A stretch of DNA of 64,000 nucleotides. It comes from Octopus sinensis. Taxonomy: Eukaryota. The DNA lies in NCBI RefSeq assembly GCF_006345805.1, contig NC_043001.1:90272001-90336000 (forward strand), in the 5' to 3' direction. Positions 1-11,634 of this stretch are shown piece after piece (position 1 is the first letter of the stretch; the number at the start of each line of letters is the position of its first letter). The translations under genes and the position numbers were made by a program. The notes under the pieces were generated by a model. The model worked only from the letters and a program-made list of their open reading frames with translations, was not told the origin of the DNA and did not search any database.

Positions 1-220
1 AACCAGTAAGTAGAAAGCTAATTCGAAGACTACAGATCCAATCCATCACTGGAACTGTAAAAATCTGTAACACTTTCCAGAAGTTTATCATCTAAATATA
101 TATGAGCATCTCTAGATATGCAACTATATGAATGAAAATACATACATAAAGCAAAATATACAAATCTGCACATATACATACATACATACATATTTACATA
201 CAAACAAACAAAAATACCTT

Positions 221-330
221 GTTGATGTTGAAATTCCAATGAAGGAACTTTGAATCTAGGTTAGAAACCGGCTCTATCTCTATTGGTAAGAAATCTGGAA
301 AGAAAACTGAACAATAATATAAAAAACGTA
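221..330. repeat. Short unclassified interspersed unit beside a (CATA)n tract; related to 5650-5750 on the opposite strand
   Basis: Reverse complement TTTCTTACCAATAGAGATAGAGCCGGTTTCTAACCTAGATTCAAAGTTCCTTCATTGGAAT aligns by eye with TTTCTCCGGAGAAGGAGCTGGTTTCTAACAAAGATACGAAGCTCTATCGTTGGAAT at ~5680-5735. Confidence 0.45.
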
Positions 331-792
331 CATACATACTAATTCACAAAACCTGAAAGAGTACAGCTAATCAGAAGATTACAGCTGTAATTTGCCAAAG
401 GTACTGTCAAAACATGTAAAATATTCATGAAATTCAGCTTGTAATGAGATCCGAAAATGCAATGTCATACAAGTCTACATCTATGTATATATGTGGCAAT
501 ACATACATGAACATACATAGATATGGGTTTATATACATACGTATATATAAATTCGTACATACACACATTCATACCTGTATGAATATATACAAACATACTG
601 CATACGTACATACGTATCTACATACAAAGCTATCTCAATTATGTCTACATTCCAGCAGTCAATCAAACTTCTTTATTGGCCCCAAACTAGCACTTTCTCC
701 ATTGGTGAGGAATTCGAAGAATAAACCTAGAAATGGATGTGTGTGCATATCTGTGTGTGTATACACACACACACACACACACATACACACTT

Positions 793-826
<34 letters not shown>

Positions 827-1109
827 TTATCGCCAAGCTAACACAGCAGGCCAGAAATACCTCTATTAATACCCAGTACTGCTGCCTTAGTCTCCTTTAG
901 AGAAATTTAGAAAGAATAATATTTATATATTCATTATACACTCGAAGGTCACACTTGACCGTCACGAAACATCCTAATTTCTTTAAATGTGTTCTTTATT
1001 CAGAGAGAGTACTCAAAACTCAGAAACTAGTCGGGGTTATGGCCAACATCTGTGAAATAAATGGCATTATTATTATTAGTTCGTCCGTCATTGTCGACGA
1101 TGACCACGG

Positions 1110-1565
1110 GTATGACATGGGAGAACACGTAGCACGCTGAGTCCGGCTGTAACAGAGAAGTCCGATGCGTCCTCTGAATGTTCATACAAGGTGGTAACCT
1201 ACTTACCTGATTTGCACTCTTCTCATCAGTGTGTAAATGCTTGGCAGATAAGCTAGAGAGGAGACCTCTGTGTCTGGGACCTTGTCTCGTCAGGTGATTC
1301 TCAACAGCTTTCTCAGTCAGTTCAAGTGGAAGCGGTCGAGCTTTTTGACGTGACGTTCATAAACCATGCAAGTCTCGCAGGCGTACTGTAGAGTAGGCTG
1401 TACATCTGCTTGGTACGCCTTGGTGGCTAACCTAATGCCCGTCCTCTGCCACACTGATTCACGTAGCCACCCGAATACTGAGCTTCCCTTGGCGAATCAT
1501 ATGTCGACCTCATCTTCAATGTTCACAGATCTGGAGAGTGTGCTAACGAGGTACGGGAACTTGGG
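1110..1565 (-). mobile_element. Decayed RTE-clade LINE fragment (RT C-terminal region)
   Basis: Minus strand gives KFPYLVSTLSRSVNIEDEVD..AKGSSVFGWLRESVW..QYACET..YERHVKKLDRFHL..LRKLLRIT.RDKVPDTEV, matching the RTE signature (YACETW, HLRCLRKLL, WQDKIPDTEVL); several stops and frameshifts. Confidence 0.8.
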
Positions 1566-1575
1566 AGGTAACATT

Positions 1576-1695
1576 CGCGTTGTCTCACGACGGACACCGT
1601 CGCCGGCGGCGTCGCTCGCGCGCGGTCCTTACCATGCCGACGTCATTAGCCGACTGGTTTGACGTTGGGAGTATCGTGCGCGTTTACGAAATAAA
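1576..1695 (-). promoter_or_regulatory. Short CpG-dense patch; possible 5' exon ending ATG|GTAAGG
   Basis: About 20 CpG in ~120 bp in otherwise AT-rich DNA; minus strand reads TAATGACGTCGGCATG|GTAAGG (ATG at 1635-1633 followed by a consensus donor). Confidence 0.3.
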
Positions 1696-1751
1696 TATTA
1701 AGACTGAGTCTTTAATATATCGATATTAAGAAATTATGCGTATTCGAAATC

Positions 1752-1885
1752 TGGCGAGGTCGACTTTTCTTTTCATTTTTTCAGGATCGATATAATATGT
1801 ACCAGTTGAGCACTTGGGTTGATGTAATCGACTAACGTCTTCTCCAAAATTTCAAGTATTTTGCCAATAGTAGAAAGGATAATTT
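1752..1885 (+). mobile_element. SINE family D, 5'-truncated
   Basis: GAGGTCGACTTT..TTTCAT..GATCGATA..GTACCAGTTGAGCACTTGGGTTGATGTAATCGACTAA matches the fuller copies at 12590 and 25501. Confidence 0.65.
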
Positions 1886-3294
1886 TGATTCTCGCTGTTC
1901 TACCTGCGCATGGTAACTTATCATCGGATCAGCAAATAATTTGTTTACTAAATCCATAAAATAATAATCACTACTCTAGTTTCGTTGATCTGGAGTTAGC
2001 TTTCACTGAAAAGATGCAACCAGGCCGAAACTCCAGTGTCTCAAAGTCCCCTTATGCCATCGTTTTGATTCTCACAGTTCTCCGTGCACATGATAATTTA
2101 TTAGCAAGAATAAAGCTTGGCATTAATATTGATGAAGATGTAATGAAGGATGAGAGAATTTATCTTTATTGCCGAATGGTCGTTAACCATGACAATTAAT
2201 AGATTGCTGTATACTGTTAGCCATTAGTACGTTCAATACTATTTCTTCCAAAGACTTCACTTATCGTTAGAATAACATATCTTATTGCTTCACTAAACAG
2301 AAGCTAGGTTATTTCATAGACCTTTGTTGGAATAAGTTGTGATATTAATATGAACATCAATAAAGCCAGTCACAGTCAAGAGACAAATCATAAATAAATA
2401 TTCAGTGGACATATTAGGCATTTTGTTTACACATGCCGAGTAATCTGTAGACTTGCGAGAATGATTCAGATCAGATTATTAGGAGTGGACAAATTAGTTA
2501 TTCAATAAAGATGAGGGTGAAACAGTTAAATAACCATATTTAAGATCATTTCATAGGCATGTGAAAATGGTATGATTCGCTGTAATCTCTTCCTTTCTGT
2601 ATCGTTTTCAGTCATACAGCCCTAAATCTTTTCTTTTTTTCTGGTAACTTTTCTTCTTACTGTTACAAAAAAACTATTGCAACGTGATAAGTCCAGAGCT
2701 GTAAAGCTATGTATACTGTCAAAGGTATTCTCAGAAACTTTAAAAACCATTATCAAAGGCCTTCTGAATTCGAGATTTTATTGTGACCAAAAATATCTGG
2801 TTACCACAAACTCGCGATTGCTGCAAGTCCTTTTGTATACTTTAATCTGTATCATATTCACGATAACCAAACTAAACACTATCAGTAATATGGTGTCCAT
2901 GGTTATATATCTCCAAACACCACTGTCTTTGAGATAACCTTTTTAATTCTAGTTATTAGATGGACCTTCCAATCTTCAAGTAACTTTTTTCATATTCAAT
3001 AAATTATAAGCAATCCTCAATATTGCTCTTGCAACAACGTATTTATCAGTTTTTAGAATTTTCTGCAGTTTTACCTGATCCAAGAGCTTTTTCATTTTTC
3101 TGTTGCTCAATAGCTCAATGGCTCATGGTAGATATTTCATTTATAGCCGCTTCCAGCACATTTTGTCGGTCGGAAATTTTCTCTTTTTCGCCTTGTTAAA
3201 TGTTTTGCTCGTGTTTGTATTAAAATGTTCTATCTATACGTTTAAGAACTTGTTTTGCAAAATTCCTAATGTAAGAAATTGTGTGTTGAAACAG

Positions 3295-3669
3295 ATACTG
3301 TTATATTTCGGGACGGTCATTTCTTTCTTGCCAAATAAACACACGCACAATTTATTCGTTCCTCACACGTTTATTATTGTTATTTTATCCTATGCCCACT
3401 GTCTGGAAATCATTCGTCATACACTTGTGACCTCTTCAGCGATACTTCCATCTCCTATTTTGTTTAGTCCATTTAGAATGGACTAAACAGAACAGGAGAA
3501 GACACGTGGAAAGGAAGAGTCACTGAAGAGGTCACAGGTGTGTGACGAAAGATTTCCAGACAATGGACATAAGCTAAAATAAGAACTATTATAAACGAGT
3601 GCAGAACGAATAAATAGTGCGTGTGTTTATTTGGCAAGAAAACATGACCATCCCGAAATATAACAATAT
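3295..3669. mobile_element. ~375-bp fold-back (whole-length imperfect palindrome) element
   Basis: Centre TGTTTAGTCCATT-TAG-AATGGACTAAACA (3461-3489); arms pair out to GTTATATTTCGGGACGGTCAT..TTGCCAAATAAACACACGCAC / GTGCGTGTGTTTATTTGGCAAG..ATGACCATCCCGAAATATAAC, with substitutions and one indel. Confidence 0.8.
3523..3550 (+). ncRNA. Hammerhead-like core plus stem II (stems I/III unresolved)
   Basis: CTGAAGA-G-GTCAC-aggtgt-GTGAC-GAAA; mirror copy on minus strand at 3439-3412 ends GAAT. Confidence 0.35.
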
Positions 3670-4384
3670 ATCCCGTCTATATTTATACCACATGTTATTA
3701 GTTTTCCAACGGTAATGAATACGAGTTGCCTTTAAGACTGTTGGAAGATTTGAAGCATTCAGTAACATAAAAATGATCATTGATGATGTGTTCAAGTCCA
3801 TCACGAGATGTAGAAAAAATATATATGCATACATATTTTTCGTTGTCATAAAAAATGCGGCATTTAATGTTTGGGGAAAAGTACAACAAACTCTACAAGG
3901 GAAGATCATCTACATGCTTACACGATTGGCATTAAATAACGATCAAATTTCCATCAAATGAGGCACCATCTTGGGCAAAGGTTTGACTCTTGATGGTCAG
4001 GTTCTTCCTTGATTGACCCTAAAAGGAGGCCCTCACGTATCAAGAGGACAACATGATCCATGTATTCACATATTTGGCATACTTTGATTACCCTTTTTCT
4101 CATCTTTTCATTTCATCCCCCTTCTCCTCATTTAAAATTTTTTAAAATGTGGAAAAAACAGATTAGATTATGTGGTTTTAGATACACTACTTCGATAAAC
4201 AAATATGATGAGATGGTCACGGCTAGAAAGACGTTTGATCAGAGGCCTACTAAATTAAAATTGATCGCGTGCTAAACAACTACGGCACCTTACCGTTCTT
4301 CTAATTGATTTCTTAGATTTCATTGTGCCATAACTGTTGTATAAATCACCCTTTTACACGAGTGATTTTTCAATCTCTCCCTCT

Positions 4385-4445
4385 CGTTCTCTCCCCGCTC
4401 ACTTTCTCTCTCTCTCTTCCACTCCCTCTCTCTCTTTCTTTGTCT

Positions 4446-4481
<36 letters not shown>

Positions 4482-4638
4482 GCTTTCCCTCTCTTCTCTC
4501 TAGCACTTACTCTTAATGTGTTCTCATTTCGTCGTTTCTTTCTCTCTTTCTACTTTTCCTTCTGGTTTTCATATTTTCGCTGAAGCGTTTTTCATCGACA
4601 TTTCTTCTCATACATCTGTATGTGTGTATACGTGTGTG

Positions 4639-4687
<49 letters not shown>

Positions 4688-4696
4688 GTGTGTGTG

Positions 4697-4729
<33 letters not shown>

Positions 4730-5000
4730 TGTGTGTCTATATCTGTTTGTATGTGTCTCTGTATGTGTCTCTGTGTGTGTGTCTTTGTGTGTGTGTGTAG
4801 GTTTGTGTTTCGTCGATGACTTATCTCTTTTTCCTTTCCTTTTTCTTTATTTCCCATGTCTTTTAATAGCATTATTTCTATTACTTGCTCTCTCCTACTC
4901 ACGATTTATCCCTCTCTCTTTCCCGCCTTCTCTCTCTCTCTCCTTCTCTCTCCAGCTATACACACACACACACACACACATATCCACATATATATATTTA
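4385..5000. repeat. Compound microsatellite region (CT)n/(TA)n/(TG)n/(CA)n
   Basis: Directly visible dinucleotide runs. Confidence 0.9.
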
Positions 5001-5527
5001 TATAGCTATCTACTTATTTATGCATATACCTAAACAATAATCTATCTACCAATATATCTTTCTATCCGCATATCTAGTACATTTATCTAGTTATCTAATC
5101 TATCTATTGCTTTATCTATCACATATCTACCTCATTCTATAACACTTGATTCAGTCCTCTTATTATCTCAAATAATCTATCTATATGTATCTCTTTATCC
5201 CCTTATATCTTCATATCCCTTTCAAAACTGTTTTCCTCGCTCTCTCTCTCTCTCTTTTTTTTCTCTCTCTCTCTCTCTCTGTCTCCTCCCTCCTTCCCTC
5301 TCTTTCCTCCTTTATATATTTATATACCACCTCCTCTACAGGAAGTTCCTATCTTCTCCTCTCTGACTATATACCTCCTTATCTACTTTTAGTCTTCCGA
5401 TATATCTCTATTTGTGTCTTTGTCTCTATCTCCTTCAATTCCCATTTGTCTCTATATTTTCGTGGTTCTGATTCACTTAATTTCTGCTTCATTCCTTTAA
5501 ATCTTGTTTTGATTCCGATCAATGTGT

Positions 5528-5573
<46 letters not shown>

Positions 5574-5759
5574 GCGTGCGCATGCGTATGTATACATAAA
5601 TATATACGCACGCATGCACACACTTATGTACTTGTATATATGTATTATCTTCTCTTCTGTTTTTCTAATTATTTAAATTCTTTCTCCGGAGAAGGAGCTG
5701 GTTTCTAACAAAGATACGAAGCTCTATCGTTGGAATGTAGATGACAAAAACAATATCAC

Positions 5760-6592
5760 ATTTTAAACTTGAGAAAAGATTTACATATTTTTACTGATCC
5801 ACTCACAGACTGTATTTATAATGTGTGAATTTGTTGCATTTTTTTCCTGAAAATCGAAGCTCATCCAGACTGTCAGATATTTACTCACTAAACCAAGTGC
5901 ACCAATTATTATTGGTATAAAGGTAAATTTGTCATCTGGATATAGAAGCTGGAGATTTCAAAGCAGTTGCCCATAGTTGTTCTCTTTAGTCTTATATTTT
6001 CAAAGAGATATTCATATCAGTAGCACAGCTGACCTCTATGATGGTACATACTTTTTTTTTTGTGTTTCCCAAGCATCAATATCCGACCTGTTATGCTTAC
6101 GCTTGACATATGTTTTGATGGGATTGCTTCACTGATATTTCTTCTGTTGATGTTTGTGTGCATATTCAACAACTGGGAGATTTTCTATATTTATTTCAGA
6201 ACAGTCTTTTTTCCGGATAGCATTTTATATTGTTTTTGAGACAGCATTGTGTTGCATAAGGAGGTAGTACCTTGGTGACATTTTCGAGAAGCTGCTAATC
6301 ACATGTGTGATGTCTTCCACAGAAACATGGCATAATCAACATTTACACTTGCATCTTGGAACTCTAAGGGATTCACTGTGTCTATTGCTTATTAAGTATT
6401 TAGTAGCTATCACCTGTTCTTAGATTGCAAATGCATAGCCTTCGAAGTGTGATGTAGCGGTCACGAGTCCAAGAGAGGTATCACTTTATATCATTATTAC
6501 TGTTTTCTTCAATGTATGGTCTTTTTTTGGTATGCTGAGCGTTTTACATCCCAGTTTTCTTTGAAGGTATGTTAATCCGGCTGTCTTGGGGT
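5760..6592 (-). mobile_element. Decayed Dong/R4-clade LINE, 3' part (zinc knuckle/RLE region)
   Basis: Minus-strand pieces TSHFEGYAFAI.EQVIATKYLI and KKVCTIIEVSCATDMNIS plus IIIGALG-like segment are typical of R4/Dong restriction-like-endonuclease elements; many stops. Confidence 0.7.
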
Positions 6593-6595
6593 TGT

Positions 6596-6807
6596 ATACT
6601 CTTTACTCTTTTACTTGTTTCAGTCATTTGACTGCGGCTATGCTGGAGCACCCTCTTTAGTCGAGCAAATCGACCCTAGGACTTATTCTTTGTAAGCCTA
6701 GTACTTATTCTATCGGTCTTTTTTGCCGAACCGCTAAGTTACGATGACGTTAAACACACCATCATCGACTGTTAAGCGAGGTTGTGGGGACAAACACAGA
6801 CATACAA

Positions 6808-6882
<75 letters not shown>

Positions 6883-7218
6883 GTCAAAAAGAGGGTGAAA
6901 AAATTGGATATTAATTTAATAACATCAATTTAAACACCAGTGACCTAGCGTATAAAAGACTGAGATTCAGTAAATATTATTAATACACAACTATGAGAGA
7001 GAATCCACTATGTGGTCGCTCTTACGCTAGATATAGATCCGATATACATATATACGACGGGCTTCTTTCAGTTTCCGTCTACCAAATCCACTCACAAGGC
7101 TTAGGTCGGCCCGAGGTTATACTAGAAGACACCTGCCCAAAGTGTCACGCAGTGGGACTGAACCCGGAAGCATGAGGTTGGTAAGCAAGCTACTTACCAC
7201 ACAGCCGCTCCTGCGCCT
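6596..7218 (-). mobile_element. SINE family A, full length, interrupted in its (TA)n linker by a ~165-bp insert (6881-7045)
   Basis: tRNA-like head AGGCGCAGGAGCGGCTGTGTGGTAAG..GGGTTCAGTCCC at 7218-7054; tail ..CATAGCCGCAGTCAAATGACTGAAACAAGTAAAAGAGTAAAGAG ending ~6596. Confidence 0.85.
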
Positions 7219-7221
7219 ATG

Positions 7222-7715
7222 AACATGGGAGATTATTATGAAAAGAGCGCTTCCTGAAAATCTCGATGCCAGCAGGCAGGATATTATTCGCTTTACCATT
7301 CAACACTAAGTATTTACTTTTGCTGCTGTTGATTAGCAAATGCTGTCAGAGAAAGACCATCCGATGTTCGAAGGCTGTCTGTACTGATATCAAGCTTCTA
7401 CCTTCTTCATCTCTCCTTAGGTAAAGCCAATCGATATCACTATCCTTGTGGAGATCTCCTGCTACTGTCAGTATCTTGCAGGTTTTACGTCTATGGAGTG
7501 GATTTCTTCTACAAAACAGTCCACTATCCCAAATGTTGGAATCAGCACTGGTATTACAAATGTATTGTGGAATACTTTCTTGTTGTTATGGGACATTTCT
7601 GAATGCCAAATTTTTCTAAGTCTTGTATAATATTCTCGGACCACTCTATCTTTATTCACAGTATCTTCATATGATATATTTTCATCAATGCCTAAGTACT
7701 TGTAGCATTTTTTGT
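7222..7715 (-). mobile_element. Decayed Dong/R4-clade LINE, RT C-terminal part
   Basis: CYKYLGIDEN..KIWHSEMSHNNKKVFHNTFVIPVLIPTFGIVD..KILTVAGDLHKDSDIDWLYLRRDEEGRSLISV, matching R4/Dong YKYLG..DRLYLPRKEGGRGL. Confidence 0.8.
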
Positions 7716-7913
7716 GTAAGACAATAGAGATAGTGCGACGTATGTATGTACGTTATACTCACAACACACACTTTTGGTCTCATGTTAGGAAAAAAATTAG
7801 GATATTAAGATATTTTTCTTAACTTGAAACCATTGGTAGCTTTATACACAAATAAAGAAATTTTATTCACCAATGTGGTATTGAGCACTCATTCTCGTTG
7901 TTCAACATCTACG

Positions 7914-7988
<75 letters not shown>

Positions 7989-8000
7989 ATATGTATATAG

Positions 8001-8043
<43 letters not shown>

Positions 8044-8244
8044 ATATATATATATATATATATTATATACTATAGTCAAAAAGAGGGTGAAAAAATTGGA
8101 TATTAATTTAATAACATCAATTTAAACACCAGTGACCTAGCGTATAAAAGACTGAGATTCAGTAAATATTATTAATACACAACTATGAGAGAGAATCCAC
8201 TATGTGGTCGCTCTTACGCTAGATATAGATCCGATATACATATA

Positions 8245-8408
8245 TACGACGGGTTCTTTCAGTTTCCGTCTACCAAATCCACTCACAAGGCTTAGGTCGG
8301 CCCGAGGTTTACTAGAAGACACCTGCCCAAAGTGTCACGCAGTGGGACTGAACCCGGAAGCATGAGGTTGGTAAGCAAGCTACTTACCACACAGCCGCTC
8401 CTGCGCCT
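8245..8408 (-). mobile_element. SINE family A head (duplicated copy)
   Basis: Near-identical to 7054-7218. Confidence 0.85.
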
Positions 8409-8411
8409 ATG

Positions 8412-8905
8412 AACATGGGAGATTATTATGAAAAGAGCGCTTCCTGAAAATCTCGATGCCAGCAGGCAGGATATTATTCGCTTTACCATTCAACACTAAG
8501 TATTTACTTTTGCTGCTGTTGATTAGCAAATGCTGTCAGAGAAAGACCATCCGATGTTCGAAGGCTGTCTGTACTGATATCAAGCTTCTACTTCTTCATC
8601 TCTCCTTAGGTAAAGCCAATCGATATCACTATCCTTGTGGAGATCTCCTGCTACTGTCAGTATCTTGCAGGTTTTACGTCTATGGAGTGGATTTCTTCTA
8701 CAAAACAGTCCACTATCCCAAATGTTGGAATCAGCACTGGTATTACAAATGTATTGTGGAATACTTTCTTGTTGTTATGGGACATTTCTGAATGCCAAAT
8801 TTTTCTAAGTCTTGTATAATATTCTCGGACCACTCTATCTTTATTCACAGTATCTTCATATGATATATTTTCATCAATGCCTAAGTACTTGTAGCATTTT
8901 TTGTG
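8412..8905 (-). mobile_element. Dong/R4 LINE RT fragment (duplicated copy)
   Basis: Near-identical to 7222-7715; ORF 8657-8848. Confidence 0.8.
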
Positions 8906-9121
8906 TAAGACAATAGAGATAGTGCGACGTATGTATGTACGTTATACTCACAAACACACACTTTTGGTCTCATGTTAGGAAAAAAATTAGGATATTAAGA
9001 TATTTTTCTTAACTTGAAACCATTGGTAGCTTTAATACACAAATAAAGAAATTTTATTCACCAATGTGGTATTGAGCACTCATTCTCGTTGTTCAACATC
9101 TACGTATATATAATATATATG

Positions 9122-9157
<36 letters not shown>

Positions 9158-9223
9158 ATATATATATATATATGTATGTATATATGTATATATGTATGTA
9201 TATATATATATATATATAATATA

Positions 9224-9259
<36 letters not shown>

Positions 9260-9318
9260 TGTATGTTGTATGTATATATATAAACACACACAAACATACA
9301 CACACACACACACACACG

Positions 9319-9387
<69 letters not shown>

Positions 9388-9390
<3 letters not shown>

Positions 9391-9670
9391 AGGTGTCCCA
9401 GAAAGGTTTGCCTATGTTTAAAACTCTTCCTAAAAAATATTATTTCAGGTGATATTATCTACATTTTAGATACAGGTCTGCGTATGTCTTTTGTTCATGT
9501 GTATATTGTTTCATTCGTCTATAACAGGTTTGTAAACAAACATGGCGTCGAAAGTAAAACATGACCAGTTTCTCGTTTTGAAAAGAGTTGGAGTGAGCAA
9601 AAAGGACATAACAAAACAGTTGAATGTGTGCCGTAAAACAGTGTTCAATACATAGAAACGATATATAAAT
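9388..9670 (+). mobile_element. 5' fragment of a Tc1/mariner-superfamily transposon
   Basis: TIR-like CAAGGTGTCCCAGAAAG, then ATG at 9542: MASKVKHDQFLVLKRVGVSKKDITKQLNVCRKTVFNT*, an HTH-like transposase N-terminus. Confidence 0.5.
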
Positions 9671-10117
9671 GTACTTTCGCACAATGCAGTGAGAATGAAT
9701 TTTGAGTAGCCGTTGGCTTAATTTAATTAACTTTAAGGTATCGATAACTTAAGTTTACTTTTAACCTCTCCATTCTTATAAAAACCAAGTAAATAACTAA
9801 CTCGTTTTGTTATCATGATTGCACAAAACCTCACGTGTACGTATGCTCACATTTTTGCGGATGATTGTATGAGCGAGTGTCCTCGCGCCATGTAACTTGC
9901 CCGAGGGTATTTATACATCCATACCTATTAACGTTTATTTTCAATATTTTTCTCGCTGGATTGCGTGTTCGTTTCTCTTTTTGTCATCTGCGATTTTATT
10001 TTTGATCTTCTATATAAATGAAGATATTTCCTCCGTCTGGCTGTTTTTCTCTCTACAAAATAGAAGATTACATTGCAGAGCAGTCATTTTAACAAGTTGT
10101 ATTTATTTATATATTTA

Positions 10118-10221
10118 TCACCCAACGAGAAACATCTGCACCACCGGATGCTCTTGAACCAGTTGTTAACTGCCCTACCCAAGAGGAATCGATGCTAGAT
10201 GTGTCGAAACAATTGTCGCGA
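10118..10221 (+). ncRNA. Degenerate type I hammerhead-like motif
   Basis: TCAC-CCAACGA-GAAACATCT..AGATGTGTC-GAAAC-AATT-GTC-GCGA; stem II 8/9 paired, palindromic ACAATTGT, GUC triplet; core CUGA mutated to CCAA. Homologous to 18057-18142. Confidence 0.45.
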
Positions 10222-10443
10222 TTAATAGATTCTCGTATATTCCATCGTCTGTCTTTCATTTGTTATATACCTGACGATCACTCTGAAAGTGACCGTGCTT
10301 TACCAATAAGCTACCAGGTGTAAACCATATATATATATATATATATATATACATACATATCTATATGAATGTATATTTATGTATATACACATATAGAAAT
10401 TATATATATGCATGTATATTTATGTATACATACATATAGAAAT

Positions 10444-10478
<35 letters not shown>

Positions 10479-10729
10479 GGATATATCTACGTGTGTTTCT
10501 CTTGTTGTTTATCCCCCACCACCGCTTCGCAACCGGCGTCGGCGTTGGTTTGCTTATGTCCCCGTTATCAATAACTTGCTTTCATTTGACCAAACGCGAT
10601 GCCCCAGCATGAACGTTGTCCAAATGATTCCAACAAGTAAAAGGGAATTTTAAAAGATATTGAATAAATGATGTGTACATATCTATATCTTATATGTGTA
10701 TATATGTGTGAATGAGTGTGTATGCGTGC

Positions 10730-10781
<52 letters not shown>

Positions 10782-10913
10782 TGTGTGTGCGTATGTGTAA
10801 GAGTGTGTTTGTGCGTGCGTGTGCGCACACATTTCGCCATACATCTATTTTATGCATGTTTATATATATATATATATATATATATTCTATATATAAATGT
10901 AATATAAATATAT

Positions 10914-11319
10914 AGGCGCAGGAGTGGCTGTGTGGTAAGTAGCTTGTTTACCAACCACATGGTTCCGGATTCAGTCCCACTGCGTGGCACCTTGGGCAAG
11001 TGTCTTCTACTATAGCCTCGGGCCGACCAAAGCCTGTGAGTGGATTTGGTGGACGGAAACTGAAAAAAGCCCGTCGTATATATACGTATATATATGTATG
11101 TGTGTGTGTATGTATGTGTGTCTGTGTTTGTTCCCCTAGCATTGCTTGACAACCGATGCTGGTGTATTTATGTCCCTGTCACTTAGCGGCAAAATAGACC
11201 GATAGAATAAGTACTGGGCTTACAAAAAGAATAAGTCCCGGGGTCGAGTTGCTCGATTAAAGGCGGTGCTCCAGCATGGCCGCAGTCAAATGACTGAAAC
11301 AAGTAAAAGAGTAAAAGAG
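10914..11319 (+). mobile_element. SINE family A, full length
   Basis: tRNA-like head with A/B-box-like motifs, CCTTGGGCAAG body, (TA)/(TG) linker, tail ending GACTGAAACAAGTAAAAGAGTAAAAGAG. Confidence 0.9.
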
Positions 11320-11324
11320 ATAAC

Positions 11325-11513
11325 AATTGCAGCGTGGAAGGTGTTTATACGCCATTTAAGAAACACTCAAAAACCGTTAGATTCACTTCAACATTTAAAT
11401 TTTATTCGTCAAAATATTTTCGTCGCATTGAGACCGCGACCTGTTCACTGACAAAATTCCGTGCTGCATGTGTGTTTCTGAAATGGCTTATAAACACCTT
11501 CCACGCTGCAATT
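11325..11513. mobile_element. MITE with ~42-bp terminal inverted repeats
   Basis: AATTGCAGCGTGGAAGGTGTTTATACGCCATTTAAGAAACAC / GTGTTTCTGAAATGGCTTATAAACACCTTCCACGCTGCAATT. Confidence 0.75.
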
Positions 11514-11570
11514 ATTTTCGTTCCAGTACACGATCTCAGATCAGGTTACTTGCTATGCATGTGCATCTCC

Positions 11571-11634
<64 letters not shown>

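Larger units (their letters stand above)
6881..9260. repeat. Tandem duplication, unit ~1.19 kb, bounded by (TA)n arrays
   Basis: TAGTCAAAAAGAGGGTG at 6881 and 8073; CAACATCTACGTATA at ~7904 and ~9095; copies essentially identical apart from single-base indels. Confidence 0.92.

Noticed and set aside
236-275. CCAATGA..GAAACCGGCTC (and the related motif at ~5700-5735) as a hammerhead
   Set aside because: Stem II is out of register, the stem III C-G pair is absent and no stem I partner was found.
10914-11000. tRNA-like sequences at SINE heads as tRNA genes
   Set aside because: A/B-box-like motifs run straight into repeat bodies, with no complete cloverleaf; they are SINE promoters.
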